A stretch of 64,000 nt of DNA, taken from NCBI GenBank assembly GCA_963722255.1, contig CAVRJO010000001.1:288001-352000 (forward strand). Reading direction: 5' to 3'. The DNA comes from Candidatus Babeliales bacterium (GTDB lineage: Bacteria > Babelota > Babeliae > Babelales > JANWKD01). Position 1 is the stretch's first letter. The number at the start of each line of letters is the position of its first letter. The notes beneath the pieces were generated by a model. The model was not told where the DNA came from. It searched no databases and saw nothing but the letters and a program-made list of their open reading frames with translations. Shown here piece by piece: positions 30,722 through 50,506 of this stretch. The position numbers were made by a program, and so were the translations under genes.

Positions 30722-31489
30722 TCAAGGATTGAAGCGAATCGCATTAAAAGGAGTCACTGGTTTTTCTTGTTTAGGTTCAGAAAATGTTGCATATACTTCG
30801 GAAAAAATCGAATTCGTTCCTTTAAGAGCTAATTCATGCATTGTAGCTACAGTAGACCATGCAATAGGACTCTTTTCTGCTGATCCCTGAATTTCTACAA
30901 TCTTTCCTGAACGGGTAATTACAAAATTAAAATCAGCCTCAAGAGTACTATCTTCATTGAAGTCCAAATCAACCATAACAATATCATGAAAAGCTCCAAC
31001 AGAAATACCTGCAATTTCTTCGCGCAGAATCAATGAACCAATTTTTCCAGCACGTAACCATCGATCAACTGCAAGTTTTAAAGCAAGAGATGCTGCTGTA
31101 ATACATGCAGTTCGAGTGCTTCCATCAGCTTGCAAAACATCACAATCAACAACAATAGTTCGTTCGCCCAAAAGATCTAGATCAACAACTGATCGCAAAA
31201 CCCTGCCAATTAATCGTGAAATTTCCATAGATCTTCCATTAGGACGGCTCAGGCTCTCACGCTCTTTACGAACATGAGTAGCCGTTGGCAACATTGCATA
31301 TTCTGCTGTTAACCATCCCGATTTTTTACCTTTTAAAAAAGGAGGTACGGAGTTTTGCAAAGAGATCGCACACAAAACCTTCGTTTTCCCTTGTTCAAAA
31401 AGTACAGATGCAGAAGCATATTCAATAACATCATAAAGAATTGATATAGGACGCACTTGATCAAAGGCTCGCCCATTCGTTCGTTTCAT
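30722..31489 (-). CDS. rph: Ribonuclease PH
   Basis: GWLTAEYAMLP, EISRLIGR and DCDVLQADGSTRTA. Confidence 0.95.
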   Translation of the reverse strand: MKRTNGRAFDQVRPISILYDVIEYASASVLFEQGKTKVLCAISLQNSVPPFLKGKKSGWLTAEYAMLPTATHVRKERESLSRPNGRSMEISRLIGRVLRSVVDLDLLGERTIVVDCDVLQADGSTRTACITAASLALKLAVDRWLRAGKIGSLILREEIAGISVGAFHDIVMVDLDFNEDSTLEADFNFVITRSGKIVEIQGSAEKSPIAWSTVATMHELALKGTNSIFSEVYATFSEPKQEKPVTPFNAIRFNP

Positions 31490-31508
31490 ATATCAGTTCC
31501 AATACAGA

Positions 31509-33599
31509 TTATTGATTATCGACGATTTTAAGACGAACTCTACCTGAATCTGGATCATAATCAAGAACTTCAACTTTAAGCGGATCGTCTATCTTATATT
31601 CCTTGTTCAAGTTCGCTTGTTTCTGTTTTGGAATCATCGAAATATGGACAAGCCCATCAAAATCAGGAACTAGTTCTACAAAAAGACCAAAGTCAGCAAT
31701 ACGCTTAATTTTTCCATTAAAGACTTGACCCTTATCAATTTGACCAGCTAAGACTTTTACCCAACCTATAGCTTCATCCATTTTAGGACCAGGATGGCCA
31801 AAGATTTTAACAAGTCCATCACTTTCAATATCGATCATAGTGCCCGTTTTTTCAGTAATGCTTCGTATAGTTTTTCCGCCTGTACCAATGATTGCACCAA
31901 TCTTATCTTGCTTTATTTTAAGCGTAACAATATGTGGTACTAACTCAGAAAGTTGCTCATTCGGTTTGGTCATAACTTTTTGCATTTCCATCAAAATATG
32001 ATGACGGCCTCGTTTTGCTTGATGCAATGCTTTTTGAAATACTTCTCTAGGTAAACCACCTTTATATTTAATATCCATCTGGATAGCGGTAATACCTTCA
32101 GAAGTACCTGCAACTTTAAAATCCATAAGACCAAATGCATCTTCAATGCCAGTAATATCACTTATAGGTTGGAAATCACCTTCAGAACTTTGTAATAAGC
32201 CCATAGCAATACCACTACCATTTTTTTAATCGGTACTCCACCATTCATTAATGCCATAGTAGATCCACATACTGTTGCCATAGACGTTGAACCATCAGAT
32301 TCAAGCATATCGGCAACAATGCGAATGGTATAAGGAAAATCTTCTTTATTTGGCAATATTGGTTCAAGCGCTGAAGCAGCCAAATGCCCATGTCCAATTT
32401 CACGTCTTCCAGGTCCACGCATTGGTCGAACTTCACCAACAGAAAATGGAGGGAAATTATAATGTAACATAAATGATTTTTCAACGGTATCACCCATCAA
32501 ATCTTCTACTTTTTGCTCATCTTGACCACCACCAAGCGTTACTGAAACAATGCTTGAGTTCTACCACGAGTAAAAACGGCAGAACCATGAGTAAATGGCA
32601 ATAAACCAACTTCAGTAGAAATCATTCGTACTTGTTCAAATGATCTACCATCAACACGTTGACCAAGTTTAAAAATAAGTTCAGTAATTTTTTTCTTGAG
32701 AACGTCATCAAAAATATACTCAAAAATCTTAGAGGGGATAGCGAGTTCTTCAATCTGCGCTTTATGTTCCTCTTTAAACTCCTCAAGAAGATCGTCAAGC
32801 GCTTTACCACGTTTAACCTTATCAGAAACAAATGTAAGCTTTACACGTTCTTCAGTTAAAAATGAATTAAACTTTTCAGTCCATTCTGTCCAATTAATTG
32901 GATCAACAATCGGTTCTTTAGGTATGCCAACCTGAGCCTGTATCTCTTCTTGCCAAGCAATTTGTTCTTTAATCTGTGCATGTGCTTTAAAAAATACCTC
33001 AACCAAATCATCTTCTGAAATTTCACTGGTGCATCCTTCTACCATATTAATACCTTCTTTTGTTCCTGCAACAGTGATGCGAACATCGGATTCAAGCGTT
33101 TGAGAATAAAGAGGGTTTAAAATCCATTCCCCATCAACACGAGCAACTTCAACTGCACTTACAGGGCCTAAAAAAGGTATCTTGGAAATAGCTAACGCCA
33201 ATGAAGAGGCACCTAATGCAATAACTGCCGGTTGATGCTCTTTATCAACTGAATAGACCGTAACAATATTTGAACTTGATTGAAATAGTTTTCAGGAAAC
33301 AATGGTCGAATAGCACGATCAATAAAACGTCCGGTTAAAACTTCTTTATCGGTAGCTTTACCTTCACGCTTATAATAACCACCGGGAATTTTTCCTGCGG
33401 CAGCAAACTGTTCGCGATAATCGATTGTCAAAGGTAAAAAACCAGGAAAATCTGTTGATGGAGCTGAAACGACAGTTGCTAAAACAACGGTACCTCCTTG
33501 TTTAAACCAGACAGCACCATCGGCTTGTGTCGCAAATTTACCTATTTCAACTTCATAACCAAATTTTTTTAAACTGAATGATTTTACCGTTTTTACCAT
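31509..33599 (-). CDS. pnp: Polyribonucleotide nucleotidyltransferase (about 3 frameshifts, probable sequencing errors)
   Basis: [35 protein letters not shown] (IIGTGGK) and S1 domains spread across 4 ORFs. Confidence 0.93.
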
Positions 33600-33630
33600 T
33601 ACAAACCTATACTAATCAAATTTATATATA

Positions 33631-33892
33631 TTATTTTCGTATCCCTAAACGATCAATTAAACTCTTATATTTATCTATATCTTTTTTTCTAGATATTGTA
33701 AATATTTTTTCTTCGGCTTACCATTTTAAAAAGACCTCTTTTTGAACCAAAATCTTTTTTATTATTATTAAAATGGACAGTTAAGTCTTGAATGCGATTT
33801 GTTAAAAACGCAACTTGGACTTCAATAGAACCTGTATCATTTTCACTTTGAGCAAACTCACTCATTAACTTTTTTTTCATCTCTTTATTCAT
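33631..33892 (-). CDS. rpsO: 30S ribosomal protein S15 (frameshift near 33700)
   Basis: DTGSIEVQVAFLT, KRGLFKMV; ends LGIRK* in the shifted frame. Confidence 0.92.
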
Positions 33893-33924
33893 TTATATCC
33901 TTAACACGATTATTAATCAACTAA

Positions 33925-33999
33925 TGGTAGGCGCGAGCGGAATTGAACCGCTGACCCTTGCTACGTCAAAGCAATGCTCTACCACTGAGCTACGCGCCT
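33925..33999 (-). tRNA. tRNA-Val(GAC)
   Basis: Cloverleaf, anticodon loop TT-GAC-GT, encoded CCA. Confidence 0.93.
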
Positions 34000-34015
34000 T
34001 CCTAACCATTTCTAT

Positions 34016-38142
<4,127 letters not shown>

Positions 38143-38146
38143 CTGA

Positions 38147-42478
<4,332 letters not shown>

Positions 42479-42562
42479 TAAACTGTTCCTCCTTATACCA
42501 AAATATTGCTTTTCACACCCATCGATCAACTCGACTAAATTACTCTTTCCTTAGATTATCAA

Positions 42563-42946
42563 TTAGCTTAATTCAACTTTTGCACCAGCAGCTTCAAGCG
42601 CTTCTTTCATTTTTTTCGCATCATCTTTTGAAGCTGATTCAGCAATAACAGTTGGAGCTTCTTCAACAGCTTTTTTAGCTTCTGTAAGACCCAATGTTGT
42701 CACAGTTCTTAGTGCTTTAATGGTTTTAATTTTTTCTGGTCCACCATCTTTAAGTGTTACTTTATATTCTGATTTTTCTTCAGCCTTTGGAGCTTCAGCA
42801 GCAGCTCCTGCCGCCGGCGCTGCTGAAACAGGCATAGACGCAGAAACACCAAACTTATCTTCTAGACCTTTAACTAATTCAGCCAATTCAAGAACTGTAA
42901 GGCTACCAATTTGATCAATTATTTGTTCATATGACTTTGTTGCCAT
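42563..42946 (-). CDS. rplL: 50S ribosomal protein L7/L12
   Basis: LTVLELAELVK, LGLTEAKKAVE and LEAAGAKVEL. Confidence 0.97.
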   Translation of the reverse strand: MATKSYEQIIDQIGSLTVLELAELVKGLEDKFGVSASMPVSAAPAAGAAAEAPKAEEKSEYKVTLKDGGPEKIKTIKALRTVTTLGLTEAKKAVEEAPTVIAESASKDDAKKMKEALEAAGAKVELS

Positions 42947-43023
42947 AGGATCTCCAACATACGTTAATATATAAAAAACAACTATTATCTAACTACTTCA
43001 CAATAAACTCTCGCGCACCAATA

Positions 43024-43548
43024 TCAGCTTGATGCCTTTTTTTCTTCGATTTTCTTAAGCACGAAGAGTAACCTTAAAATCAACATATTGAGAACAATAA
43101 TGATTCCCGAAATAGGAGATTTTAATGCGCCACATACTTGAGCAAGAAGAACTTCTTTTGAAGGCAATGTTGCAAGAACTTTTACTGAATCTTTACTCAA
43201 TACAACAGAATCCATACAACCAGCCATAATGGTAAGTTGCTGATTTTCTTTAGCAAACTCATACAATATTTTTGCTATCGCAGGTGATTCATGTTGAGCA
43301 AAAACAAGAGCAACCTGATCCTTAAAATAAGGCATTAACTTCTCAATTGAAGGAACATCTGATGCAACACGTCTCATTAATGTTACTTTTGCAACTTTGA
43401 AAGAACCACCTTGTTGACGTAACTGTTTTCGCAACTTCAAAACTTGAGCTACATTCAGCCCTTTATACCCTACTAAAAAAGACGCCTGACTGCTTTCAAA
43501 ATCATGTTTTAGCGTCTCAACAACATCTTCTTTTTGTTGACGGTTCAT
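43024..43548 (-). CDS. rplJ: 50S ribosomal protein L10
   Basis: YKGLNV, LRKQLR, LATLPSKEVL; synteny. Confidence 0.93.
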   Translation of the reverse strand: MNRQQKEDVVETLKHDFESSQASFLVGYKGLNVAQVLKLRKQLRQQGGSFKVAKVTLMRRVASDVPSIEKLMPYFKDQVALVFAQHESPAIAKILYEFAKENQQLTIMAGCMDSVVLSKDSVKVLATLPSKEVLLAQVCGALKSPISGIIIVLNMLILRLLFVLKKIEEKKASS

Positions 43549-43567
43549 TGTTTTACCTTTATAAAAA

Positions 43568-44263
43568 TCAAAGTTTAATCTCGTCTAAATTAACAGGAAT
43601 ACTTGGCCCCATTGTCGCAGTAATGGTAACCTTTTTAATGAATCTTCCTTTTGATGTTGGTGGCTTTGAGGATGCTAACGCCTTGAGAAAGGCGCTAATA
43701 TTCTCTTGAAGCTGTTTGACATCAAAAGATTTTTTTCCAAAGGTAAAATGAACGATCGCATTTTTATCATTTTTAAAGAAAACGCGACCCTTTTTAAGAT
43801 CTTGTACGATATCAGCTACATCAAAAGTAACAGTCCCAACTTTTTTATTTGGCAAAAGTCCTTTTGGTCCTAATATTTTAGCAAGTTTTCCAACCATACC
43901 CATTATATCTGGTGTTGCAACAGCATAATCAAAATCAAGCCATCCATTCGAAATTTTTTCAACAAGGTCATCTGCACCAACAAAATCAGCACCAGCTTTT
44001 TTTGCCTTCTCTGCATAATCACCTTTTGCAAAAACAACCACTCTAACTTTTTTGCCGGTACCATTTGGCAACAAAACCGAACCGCGAACAGTTTGTTCAC
44101 CTTTTGACGGATCGATACCTATATTTATATGCGCATCAAGAGACTCATCGAATTTTGCATGAGCCAACTCTTTTATTTTTGAAATACCTTCAGCCAAAGC
44201 ATACTTTTTATCTGCAACGATCTTTGCTTCAGCTTCTTTATATTTTTTACCATGCTTTGCCAT
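43568..44263 (-). CDS. rplA: 50S ribosomal protein L1
   Basis: AKFDES, LPNGTGK, LGPKGLLPN and TMGP. Confidence 0.97.
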   Translation of the reverse strand: MAKHGKKYKEAEAKIVADKKYALAEGISKIKELAHAKFDESLDAHINIGIDPSKGEQTVRGSVLLPNGTGKKVRVVVFAKGDYAEKAKKAGADFVGADDLVEKISNGWLDFDYAVATPDIMGMVGKLAKILGPKGLLPNKKVGTVTFDVADIVQDLKKGRVFFKNDKNAIVHFTFGKKSFDVKQLQENISAFLKALASSKPPTSKGRFIKKVTITATMGPSIPVNLDEIKL

Positions 44264-44283
44264 TTAAAAATCCTAACCTAAGG

Positions 44284-44706
44284 TCAAAATACATCAATTC
44301 CCATACTTCGCGCAGTACCAGCAACTATTTTTTTAGCTTCTTCTAATGTTGAAGCATTAAGATCAGGCATCTTGATCTTTGCTATTTCCTCAATGCCCGC
44401 CCAAGAAATCTTACCGACTTTATTGGTATTTGGCTTTGAAGAACCTTTAGCTAGATTAATTTGTTTTTTTAACAACTCAGAAGTAGGAGGTGTCTTACAA
44501 AAAAAATCAAATGTCTTATCTTTATAAACAGTAATGATTACCGGAACAGTTTCACCTTTTCGATTTGCAGTTTTAGCATTAAATTGCTTACAAAACTCCA
44601 TAATATTAACGCCATGAGGCCCAAGAGCAGAACCTACGGGAGGTGCGGGATTTGCTGATCCACCTTTTATCAGAACTTTTATATTTGCTTTAATCTCTTT
44701 TGCCAT
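44284..44706 (-). CDS. rplK: 50S ribosomal protein L11
   Basis: [19 protein letters not shown] and GTARSMG. Confidence 0.97.
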   Translation of the reverse strand: MAKEIKANIKVLIKGGSANPAPPVGSALGPHGVNIMEFCKQFNAKTANRKGETVPVIITVYKDKTFDFFCKTPPTSELLKKQINLAKGSSKPNTNKVGKISWAGIEEIAKIKMPDLNASTLEEAKKIVAGTARSMGIDVF

Positions 44707-44716
44707 TTTTTAACCT

Positions 44717-45250
44717 TTAACGTTTTATTTGATCAAACCCTAATTCTACAGGAGTCATCCTACCAAAAATACTTACCATAACGGTCATCTTCTCACTCTC
44801 TTCATCTATTTTATCGATAATGCCCATGAATCCAGCGAAAGGACCCTCTTTAATTTCAATTTCACTCCCAATAGAAAATTCACTTTTTTTGGAAGCAATT
44901 ACAACTTCACCTTTGATTTGAGCAATTATACGATTAATCTCTTGTTGTGAAATTGGCGTTGGTTGAGCACCTCCTAAAAATCGCACAATACGAGGAATCG
45001 ACAAAACAAGTCGTACTGCTTCGGGAACTGCATCCATCTGAACAAGCAAATATCCAGGGAAAAGCTGCTGATCAGTCTTTGCCTTTTTATCAAGAGGAGC
45101 AACATCAAACATTTGCTTTGATTTCGCAGAAGGAATAAGCACCTCTCCAAAATATTCTTCGAGACCCGACTCTGCTATATGTCGCAAAAGATCCGCTTTT
45201 ATCGCTTCTTCATACCCTGCATATACTTGAGCAACATACCAACGTTTCAT
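44717..45250 (-). CDS. nusG: Transcription termination/antitermination factor NusG
   Basis: WYVAQ, LFPGYLLVQM and KOW GPFAGF...IFGRMTPVEL. Confidence 0.97.
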   Translation of the reverse strand: MKRWYVAQVYAGYEEAIKADLLRHIAESGLEEYFGEVLIPSAKSKQMFDVAPLDKKAKTDQQLFPGYLLVQMDAVPEAVRLVLSIPRIVRFLGGAQPTPISQQEINRIIAQIKGEVVIASKKSEFSIGSEIEIKEGPFAGFMGIIDKIDEESEKMTVMVSIFGRMTPVELGFDQIKR

Positions 45251-45295
45251 TATAGTATCCGTTCTGTAGCCATTTTTAACTAATTTTCTCTTTTA

Positions 45296-45475
45296 TCAAA
45301 AAATTTGTTGGGCAAGTCTATAAAACACAAAATCAACAACCCCCAAATACAGTGAAAATGCAGCAACTAAGATTAAAACAACAATTATCGACCCTACGAG
45401 CTCATCGGTGCTCGGCCAGACAATTTTTGAAAGTTCAATACTTACTTCATTAAAAAACTGCGTTACATTTTTCAT
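45296..45475 (-). CDS. secE: Preprotein translocase SecE
   Basis: FFNEVSIELSKIVWP plus one TM helix; synteny. Confidence 0.92.
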   Translation of the reverse strand: MKNVTQFFNEVSIELSKIVWPSTDELVGSIIVVLILVAAFSLYLGVVDFVFYRLAQQIF

Positions 45476-45523
45476 TACATCACCAGGCATTTATTCGTAT
45501 TTAACACTATCTATACCATTGTT

Positions 45524-45600
45524 TGGCAGGCCAGGAGGGATTCGAACCCCCAACCCGCAGATTTGGAGTCTGCCGCTCTACCAATTCGAGCTACTGGCCT
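45524..45600 (-). tRNA. tRNA-Trp(CCA)
   Basis: Anticodon loop CT-CCA-AA; sits upstream of secE. Confidence 0.95.
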
Positions 45601-45610
45601 CCGAAATATA

Positions 45611-45766
45611 TTATTTGGCTTCTTTATGAGGATTATGCTTACGACAGCGGAAGCAGAATTTTTTCAATTTTAAAGAGCCCACTGTTCTTTTTCCAACAAC
45701 TTGCGTATAATTACGCTCTTTGCATTCCTCACACGATAGATGAGTTGTCACTCTATTTTTTGCCAT
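45611..45766 (-). CDS. rpmG: 50S ribosomal protein L33 (Zn-binding type), below the ORF-track cutoff
   Basis: Manual translation MAKNRVTTHLSCEECKERNYTQVVGKRTVGSLKLKKFCFRCRKHNPHKEAK*. Confidence 0.93.
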   Translation of the reverse strand: MAKNRVTTHLSCEECKERNYTQVVGKRTVGSLKLKKFCFRCRKHNPHKEAK

Positions 45767-45804
45767 AAATCACCAAATTAATAAACTTTCTTTGTAGGTT
45801 TTCC

Positions 45805-45879
<75 letters not shown>

Positions 45880-45972
45880 TAAAATGCCTGTACACATGAG
45901 TATGTTATAGAATAAATAAAAAAAAAGCAAAACACAACTCATTTTTACCTATAAGCTATTATTTTTTTTATA

Positions 45973-46047
45973 TGGAGCTGGCGATTGGATTTGAACCAAC
46001 GACCTACTGATTACAAATCAGTTGCTCTACCACTGAGCTACGCCAGC
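45973..46047 (-). tRNA. tRNA-Thr(TGT)
   Basis: Anticodon loop TT-TGT-AA, encoded CCA. Confidence 0.95.
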
Positions 46048-46082
46048 AAAAAAATCAGTACTTATTACAAGTAATAAATACT

Positions 46083-46158
46083 TGGAGCGGGAAACGGGGC
46101 TCGAACCCGCAACCTACAGCTTGGAAGGCTGTCGCTCTACCAATTGAGCTATTCCCGC
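46083..46158 (-). tRNA. tRNA-Gly(TCC)
   Basis: Anticodon loop CT-TCC-AA, encoded CCA. Confidence 0.95.
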
Positions 46159-46299
46159 ATGCTATTTCAACAAGTCTATGAAGTTTTTTGCAATACATCT
46201 TACTTCTTTTTGAGTAGATAGTCCATCTTCGCTTTCGGCTATCTTGGACCACCCCTTCACTCATGGCAAAGACTGACGAAATTGCTAAGCAACGAAGAC

Positions 46300-46385
46300 T
46301 GGTGGCGAGAGAAGGATTCGAACCTTCGAAGACATAAGCCAACGGATTTACAGTCCGTCCCCTTTGACCGCTCGGGAATCTCGCC
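46300..46385 (-). tRNA. tRNA-Tyr(GTA)
   Basis: Anticodon loop CT-GTA-AA, long variable arm, encoded CCA. Confidence 0.95.
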
Positions 46386-46684
46386 AAAAATTTCAATTTT
46401 TTTAACTATAAAATAGTAGCAATTTTTTTTAAGTTAAGTTTATAATATTGTTTTTCCGCAAGGATTTCAACTTTTTTTTAGTTTTCACCACAACTATATT
46501 CCAATAAATCCTACTATTTAAAACAATAGTAACAATAATTTTTAAATTTAGTAGTAAATTTCTTGCTAACAAATGCAGTTGTATACAGCAAAAAGAAGCA
46601 CAAGTAGGCATTTAATGGATTTTTTTATAAATAATGGTATAGTAGATAATTGCAACTCAACAATTATCAATAAGAGGAAAAAAT

Positions 46685-47128
46685 ATGAAAAAAACATTAA
46701 ATTTTTTATGTGCAGCGGCTTTACTTACTTTTGTTCAACTACAATCAATGGAGCACAATGAAACATTAGAGAATTATAAAACTAAGGGAAAATTCGCAAC
46801 ACTACAAGAAATAATAGCTAGTTATGAAGGTCGCGAGAATAAACATGCTATGTGGTGGGAGATGTACAAGCATGTACCTTGCATTGAAAATGCAGAAATA
46901 CCACAAACCTATTTATTACATGAAGCAATCTCACATAATGATTATGATGAAGTAGAAACTCTAATTAACACGCATGGTGATACTATTATTGTCGCAACTT
47001 TTCAGAGAAGTACCTACATACATGGTTTTCAAGGCGCTACGTATAACCTCGCTGCAACATCAACCAAAGAAATAAAAGCATTAATCACATTGCATGCATT
47101 CAATAAAAATAAAGATAAATTAAATTAA
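46685..47128 (+). CDS. Small secreted protein with one ankyrin-like repeat
   Basis: Signal peptide ...LQS|ME; LLHEAISHNDYDEVETLI. Confidence 0.65.
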   Translation: MKKTLNFLCAAALLTFVQLQSMEHNETLENYKTKGKFATLQEIIASYEGRENKHAMWWEMYKHVPCIENAEIPQTYLLHEAISHNDYDEVETLINTHGDTIIVATFQRSTYIHGFQGATYNLAATSTKEIKALITLHAFNKNKDKLN

Positions 47129-47152
47129 AATCCATATTCTTTGAGAGTTTTA

Positions 47153-47464
47153 ATGAATACAATAAAAATAATCTATATAACAACGCCTTCGCGCGAAGAA
47201 GCTGAAAAAATTGCATGCAATCTTCTTGAAAAAAAGCTGATTGCATGCGCTAATTTTCATCCCATTAATAGCATCTATTGGTGGCAGGGGTCACTAACAA
47301 AAGATAATGAGTTTGTCCTTATTGCCAAAACAAGCGAAGAGCAGTATCCCCTTGTTAAACAAGAGGTAGAAAAAATCCACTCCTACGCTGTACCTTGTGT
47401 GATTGGAATTTCAAGCCATGTAAATGAAAAATATTATACTTTTATAAAAAATACCGTTTCATAA
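47153..47464 (+). CDS. cutA: Divalent-cation tolerance protein CutA
   Basis: LLEKKLIACAN, SIYWWQG and HSYAVPC. Confidence 0.92.
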   Translation: MNTIKIIYITTPSREEAEKIACNLLEKKLIACANFHPINSIYWWQGSLTKDNEFVLIAKTSEEQYPLVKQEVEKIHSYAVPCVIGISSHVNEKYYTFIKNTVS

Positions 47465-47465
47465 A

Positions 47466-47921
47466 TTATATCATGAGAGAATAATGCATCTGCCTCTCAT
47501 CTTGTGACTGGCCATATGCTAAAGTAACATGGCAAGCCTTATTGGTAATTAATGGCAAAATAAGCTCAGGCCATTCAATCATCGCCCAACTATTTTCAAG
47601 AAATAAGAGCTCATTAAATCCTGCTTCCATAAATTCATGAATATCTTTAAGCCGATAGAGATCAAAATGATAAAGAAGCTCTCCCTTGCTATTTTCATAA
47701 ACATTAACGTAACTAAATGTAGGGCTTGTAACAGGAACATGTATATCGAAATTTTGCAATAAACCTTTTACACACGTTGTTTTTCCTGTTCCGAGAGGAC
47801 CCGAAAAGGTATATATTTTACATTCATCTTTCAAAGAATAAAGTCTATTTATGATATGGTCGATACGATCAAGTGAATAGAGTAATTTTTCTTCGTGCAG
47901 TTTAGTTTCCATTTTTATCAT
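47466..47921 (-). CDS. tsaE: t6A biosynthesis ATPase TsaE
   Basis: GPLGTGKTT, VTSPTF, HFDLYRL and IEW. Confidence 0.95.
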   Translation of the reverse strand: MIKMETKLHEEKLLYSLDRIDHIINRLYSLKDECKIYTFSGPLGTGKTTCVKGLLQNFDIHVPVTSPTFSYVNVYENSKGELLYHFDLYRLKDIHEFMEAGFNELLFLENSWAMIEWPELILPLITNKACHVTLAYGQSQDERQMHYSLMI

Positions 47922-47935
47922 CTCAAATAAATAAC

Positions 47936-48757
47936 TTATTCAATAACGTATTTAATCGAACACTTTGATTTTCTTGCTTGATGTATAGTGTTGTATATAT
48001 TTCTTAAAGAATCAACCTTCATCGATTTAACAAGCTTTTTAGAATCATTTTTAAGCTTTCGAGCTTTATCAAGCATAGTACGATAATCTTTTAGTAATTT
48101 CTCTTTGCTTTTACGAGCTTCATTAAGCATTAAAGTTTTATCGCCTTTCATCTGCATTATTCTTGATTTTTCATGAGTCAATTTTTTTATGGCATTGGCA
48201 ATACGCCGTTGTCCATTTTTTATGAGTGCATTATCAGAAAAAATCAACTTATCTTTTAATCTCTGTATTTTATTTTCTGCTTTTTGAGCCACTTCTACAA
48301 GTTCTTTTACTTCTCTTTGTTTAGCATATTTACCCAGAGAGATATCTAAATATATTAGATTTGCATCCTGTAATTTTTGGATTAGCTTATTTTGTAATCT
48401 GACTCTTTCAGGGCCTACTTGCAGGCCCAGTTTTTCCTTATTCAATTCAGAAATTTTTTCATCAAATGATTCAATTAAATGCATTGAGTTAATAATCGCT
48501 TCTTGTTCTTTAAGTAGTGCTTCTTTATCATTCAAAGCATGCTCTAAACGGGCAATTTCCTTTTCCAGTTGAGGAATTGCTTGATCGATCTGTTTTTTAC
48601 CTATATATGCAAGATCTTTAAAAGAATAATGCAAAAACTTTCTATTTATTTTTAACTGATCATTAAACTTTTTACAGGAATCTTCTTTTATTGCAGAATT
48701 GGTGATTAGATTCATGAAAAAAAACAGAACCGATATTCTCAATGCATTACTGTTCAT
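47936..48757 (-). CDS. Hypothetical secreted coiled-coil protein
   Basis: AGGAG RBS, hydrophobic N-terminus and K/E-rich heptads. Confidence 0.65.
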   Translation of the reverse strand: MNSNALRISVLFFFMNLITNSAIKEDSCKKFNDQLKINRKFLHYSFKDLAYIGKKQIDQAIPQLEKEIARLEHALNDKEALLKEQEAIINSMHLIESFDEKISELNKEKLGLQVGPERVRLQNKLIQKLQDANLIYLDISLGKYAKQREVKELVEVAQKAENKIQRLKDKLIFSDNALIKNGQRRIANAIKKLTHEKSRIMQMKGDKTLMLNEARKSKEKLLKDYRTMLDKARKLKNDSKKLVKSMKVDSLRNIYNTIHQARKSKCSIKYVIE

Positions 48758-48837
48758 ACAACTCCTTTAGCCTATACAACCGCTTTTTTATACAGTACCA
48801 AAGAGATAAAAATTTTTGCAATCTATTCAAAATATAG

Positions 48838-49413
48838 TTATAACTTTTTTATTTTTTTCAAGATTATGCGCTCACTTTTAGAAATCTGTTGTTTCTTTTT
48901 ATTCCTTTCTAAATCACCTTCCGGCTCTTTTTTCTTTGGAACAGCTAACTGCTCCATAAGAAGATCAAGTTCCTTATGCGCCGAAGCAACCATTTTATGG
49001 GCTTTTTGATTTTGTACGCTTTTGAGCGTCGTAGGACTTTCATTTGAATTAATGAATTCAGAAAACTCGTATGAATCCATTGAAGGAATGGCATGCAGCC
49101 TTGCATGCGTAACAAGCTCGCGATCACTGGTTATGAGTAAAATATCGAAACTTTTATGCGTTTCTATATACTGTTTAATATAATCATCAGCTGATTCTCG
49201 AACACCAGAATAAACAACCTCAAGCACTGTACTTACTTTTTCACGCATTGGCCAATTAAAAGGCCCTCCATCAAAAACAAGTACAATTGATAGTTTTTTT
49301 TGGTGACCATAGTGATTAAGCTTTTTAATAAAGTTCTCACGTTCTTTATCGGATATATGCGCCGAATGCTTAATCTTTTTTAGAAGATTATACCCATCAA
49401 TCAGTAGTTGCAT
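48838..49413 (-). CDS. NYN-domain (YacP/Rae1-like) ribonuclease
   Basis: LLIDGYNL, LVFDG, SADDYI and ITSDREL. Confidence 0.85.
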   Translation of the reverse strand: MQLLIDGYNLLKKIKHSAHISDKERENFIKKLNHYGHQKKLSIVLVFDGGPFNWPMREKVSTVLEVVYSGVRESADDYIKQYIETHKSFDILLITSDRELVTHARLHAIPSMDSYEFSEFINSNESPTTLKSVQNQKAHKMVASAHKELDLLMEQLAVPKKKEPEGDLERNKKKQQISKSERIILKKIKKL

Positions 49414-49644
49414 ACCTCTATTTCTTTTCTTTTATGTTGTATACTTATTGCCAAATTTAAAGCCAAATTTAAAGATAGTAACAATACAAGTGTAACGTAG
49501 AACCGCTATAAGGGTCGAGAACTAAATAAAAAATAGCTAGCCCTCCCTGTGACGCAACTACTTTGTAAAGCAAAAAATTGCAAAATGTCGTTATCATCAG
49601 TAGATTAAATAAGAATATCTTTTTTGAACGATAAGGCACCTTCT

Positions 49645-50502
49645 ATGTCACAATTAATTCGCATGCGTCAACGCATAAAAGCAATAAAAACAATTAAAAA
49701 AATAACTCATGCACTGCGTTTAATTTCAATGTCAACACATCTACGCCTTCGTTCAAGAAAAAGTGCTGTAGAATACTACAAAGGAACCTTGACTCATATT
49801 CTTTATCAAGTACAAAAGAGCATGCCTGAATGGTGCCATTTTTTAACCCAAAAAAGTGAGGATACTCAAAAGCCTCCTCTTGCAATTCTTATCGGATCAC
49901 AAAAAGGCTTATGTGGCAACTTTAATTCAGAACTCTTTGCTTTTTATGAACGAGAAACTTCTTCTGAGATCAAACAAATAACCACCTTTATAACGGTGGG
50001 AAAAAAAGCCCAAGATTTTGTAAAACTAACGGGACATCCCCTTGTTCTTTCTTTCGATGACTTCTCATTTGCAACACTGGAAAAAATAAGCCTTGCCCTT
50101 ACTCATTATCTCTTGAAAAACCATGAACTATATTCTAGTGCAACAATCTATAGCAGTTATTCAAAATCATTTTTTTCACAACGCCCACATAGAACAGCTC
50201 TTATTCCCTTTACATTGCAACCTTCGATTGAAGAAAAAGAAAGTCCTTACCAAGAGGAGTATATCTGGGAACAAAAACCGGAAGAGATCATAAACTTTTT
50301 AGTTGAGAAGCTTTTTTACATGACAATCTATGAAGCACTCTTTCAATCACTCATTTCAGAACAAGCGGCTCGCTTTATTGCTATGGATAATTCAACGCGC
50401 AGTGCCAGCAAACTTCTTGAATCAATGCAACTTACGTATAATAAAATGCGACAAAGTAAGATTACGGGCGAATTAACTGACTTAATCGGCGGATTTTTTT
50501 AA
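49645..50502 (+). CDS. atpG: F1 ATP synthase gamma subunit (stand-alone)
   Basis: IKKITHAL, KGLCGNFNS, SEQAARFIAMDNST and YNKMRQSKITGEL. Confidence 0.9.
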   Translation: MSQLIRMRQRIKAIKTIKKITHALRLISMSTHLRLRSRKSAVEYYKGTLTHILYQVQKSMPEWCHFLTQKSEDTQKPPLAILIGSQKGLCGNFNSELFAFYERETSSEIKQITTFITVGKKAQDFVKLTGHPLVLSFDDFSFATLEKISLALTHYLLKNHELYSSATIYSSYSKSFFSQRPHRTALIPFTLQPSIEEKESPYQEEYIWEQKPEEIINFLVEKLFYMTIYEALFQSLISEQAARFIAMDNSTRSASKLLESMQLTYNKMRQSKITGELTDLIGGFF

Positions 50503-50506
50503 ATAA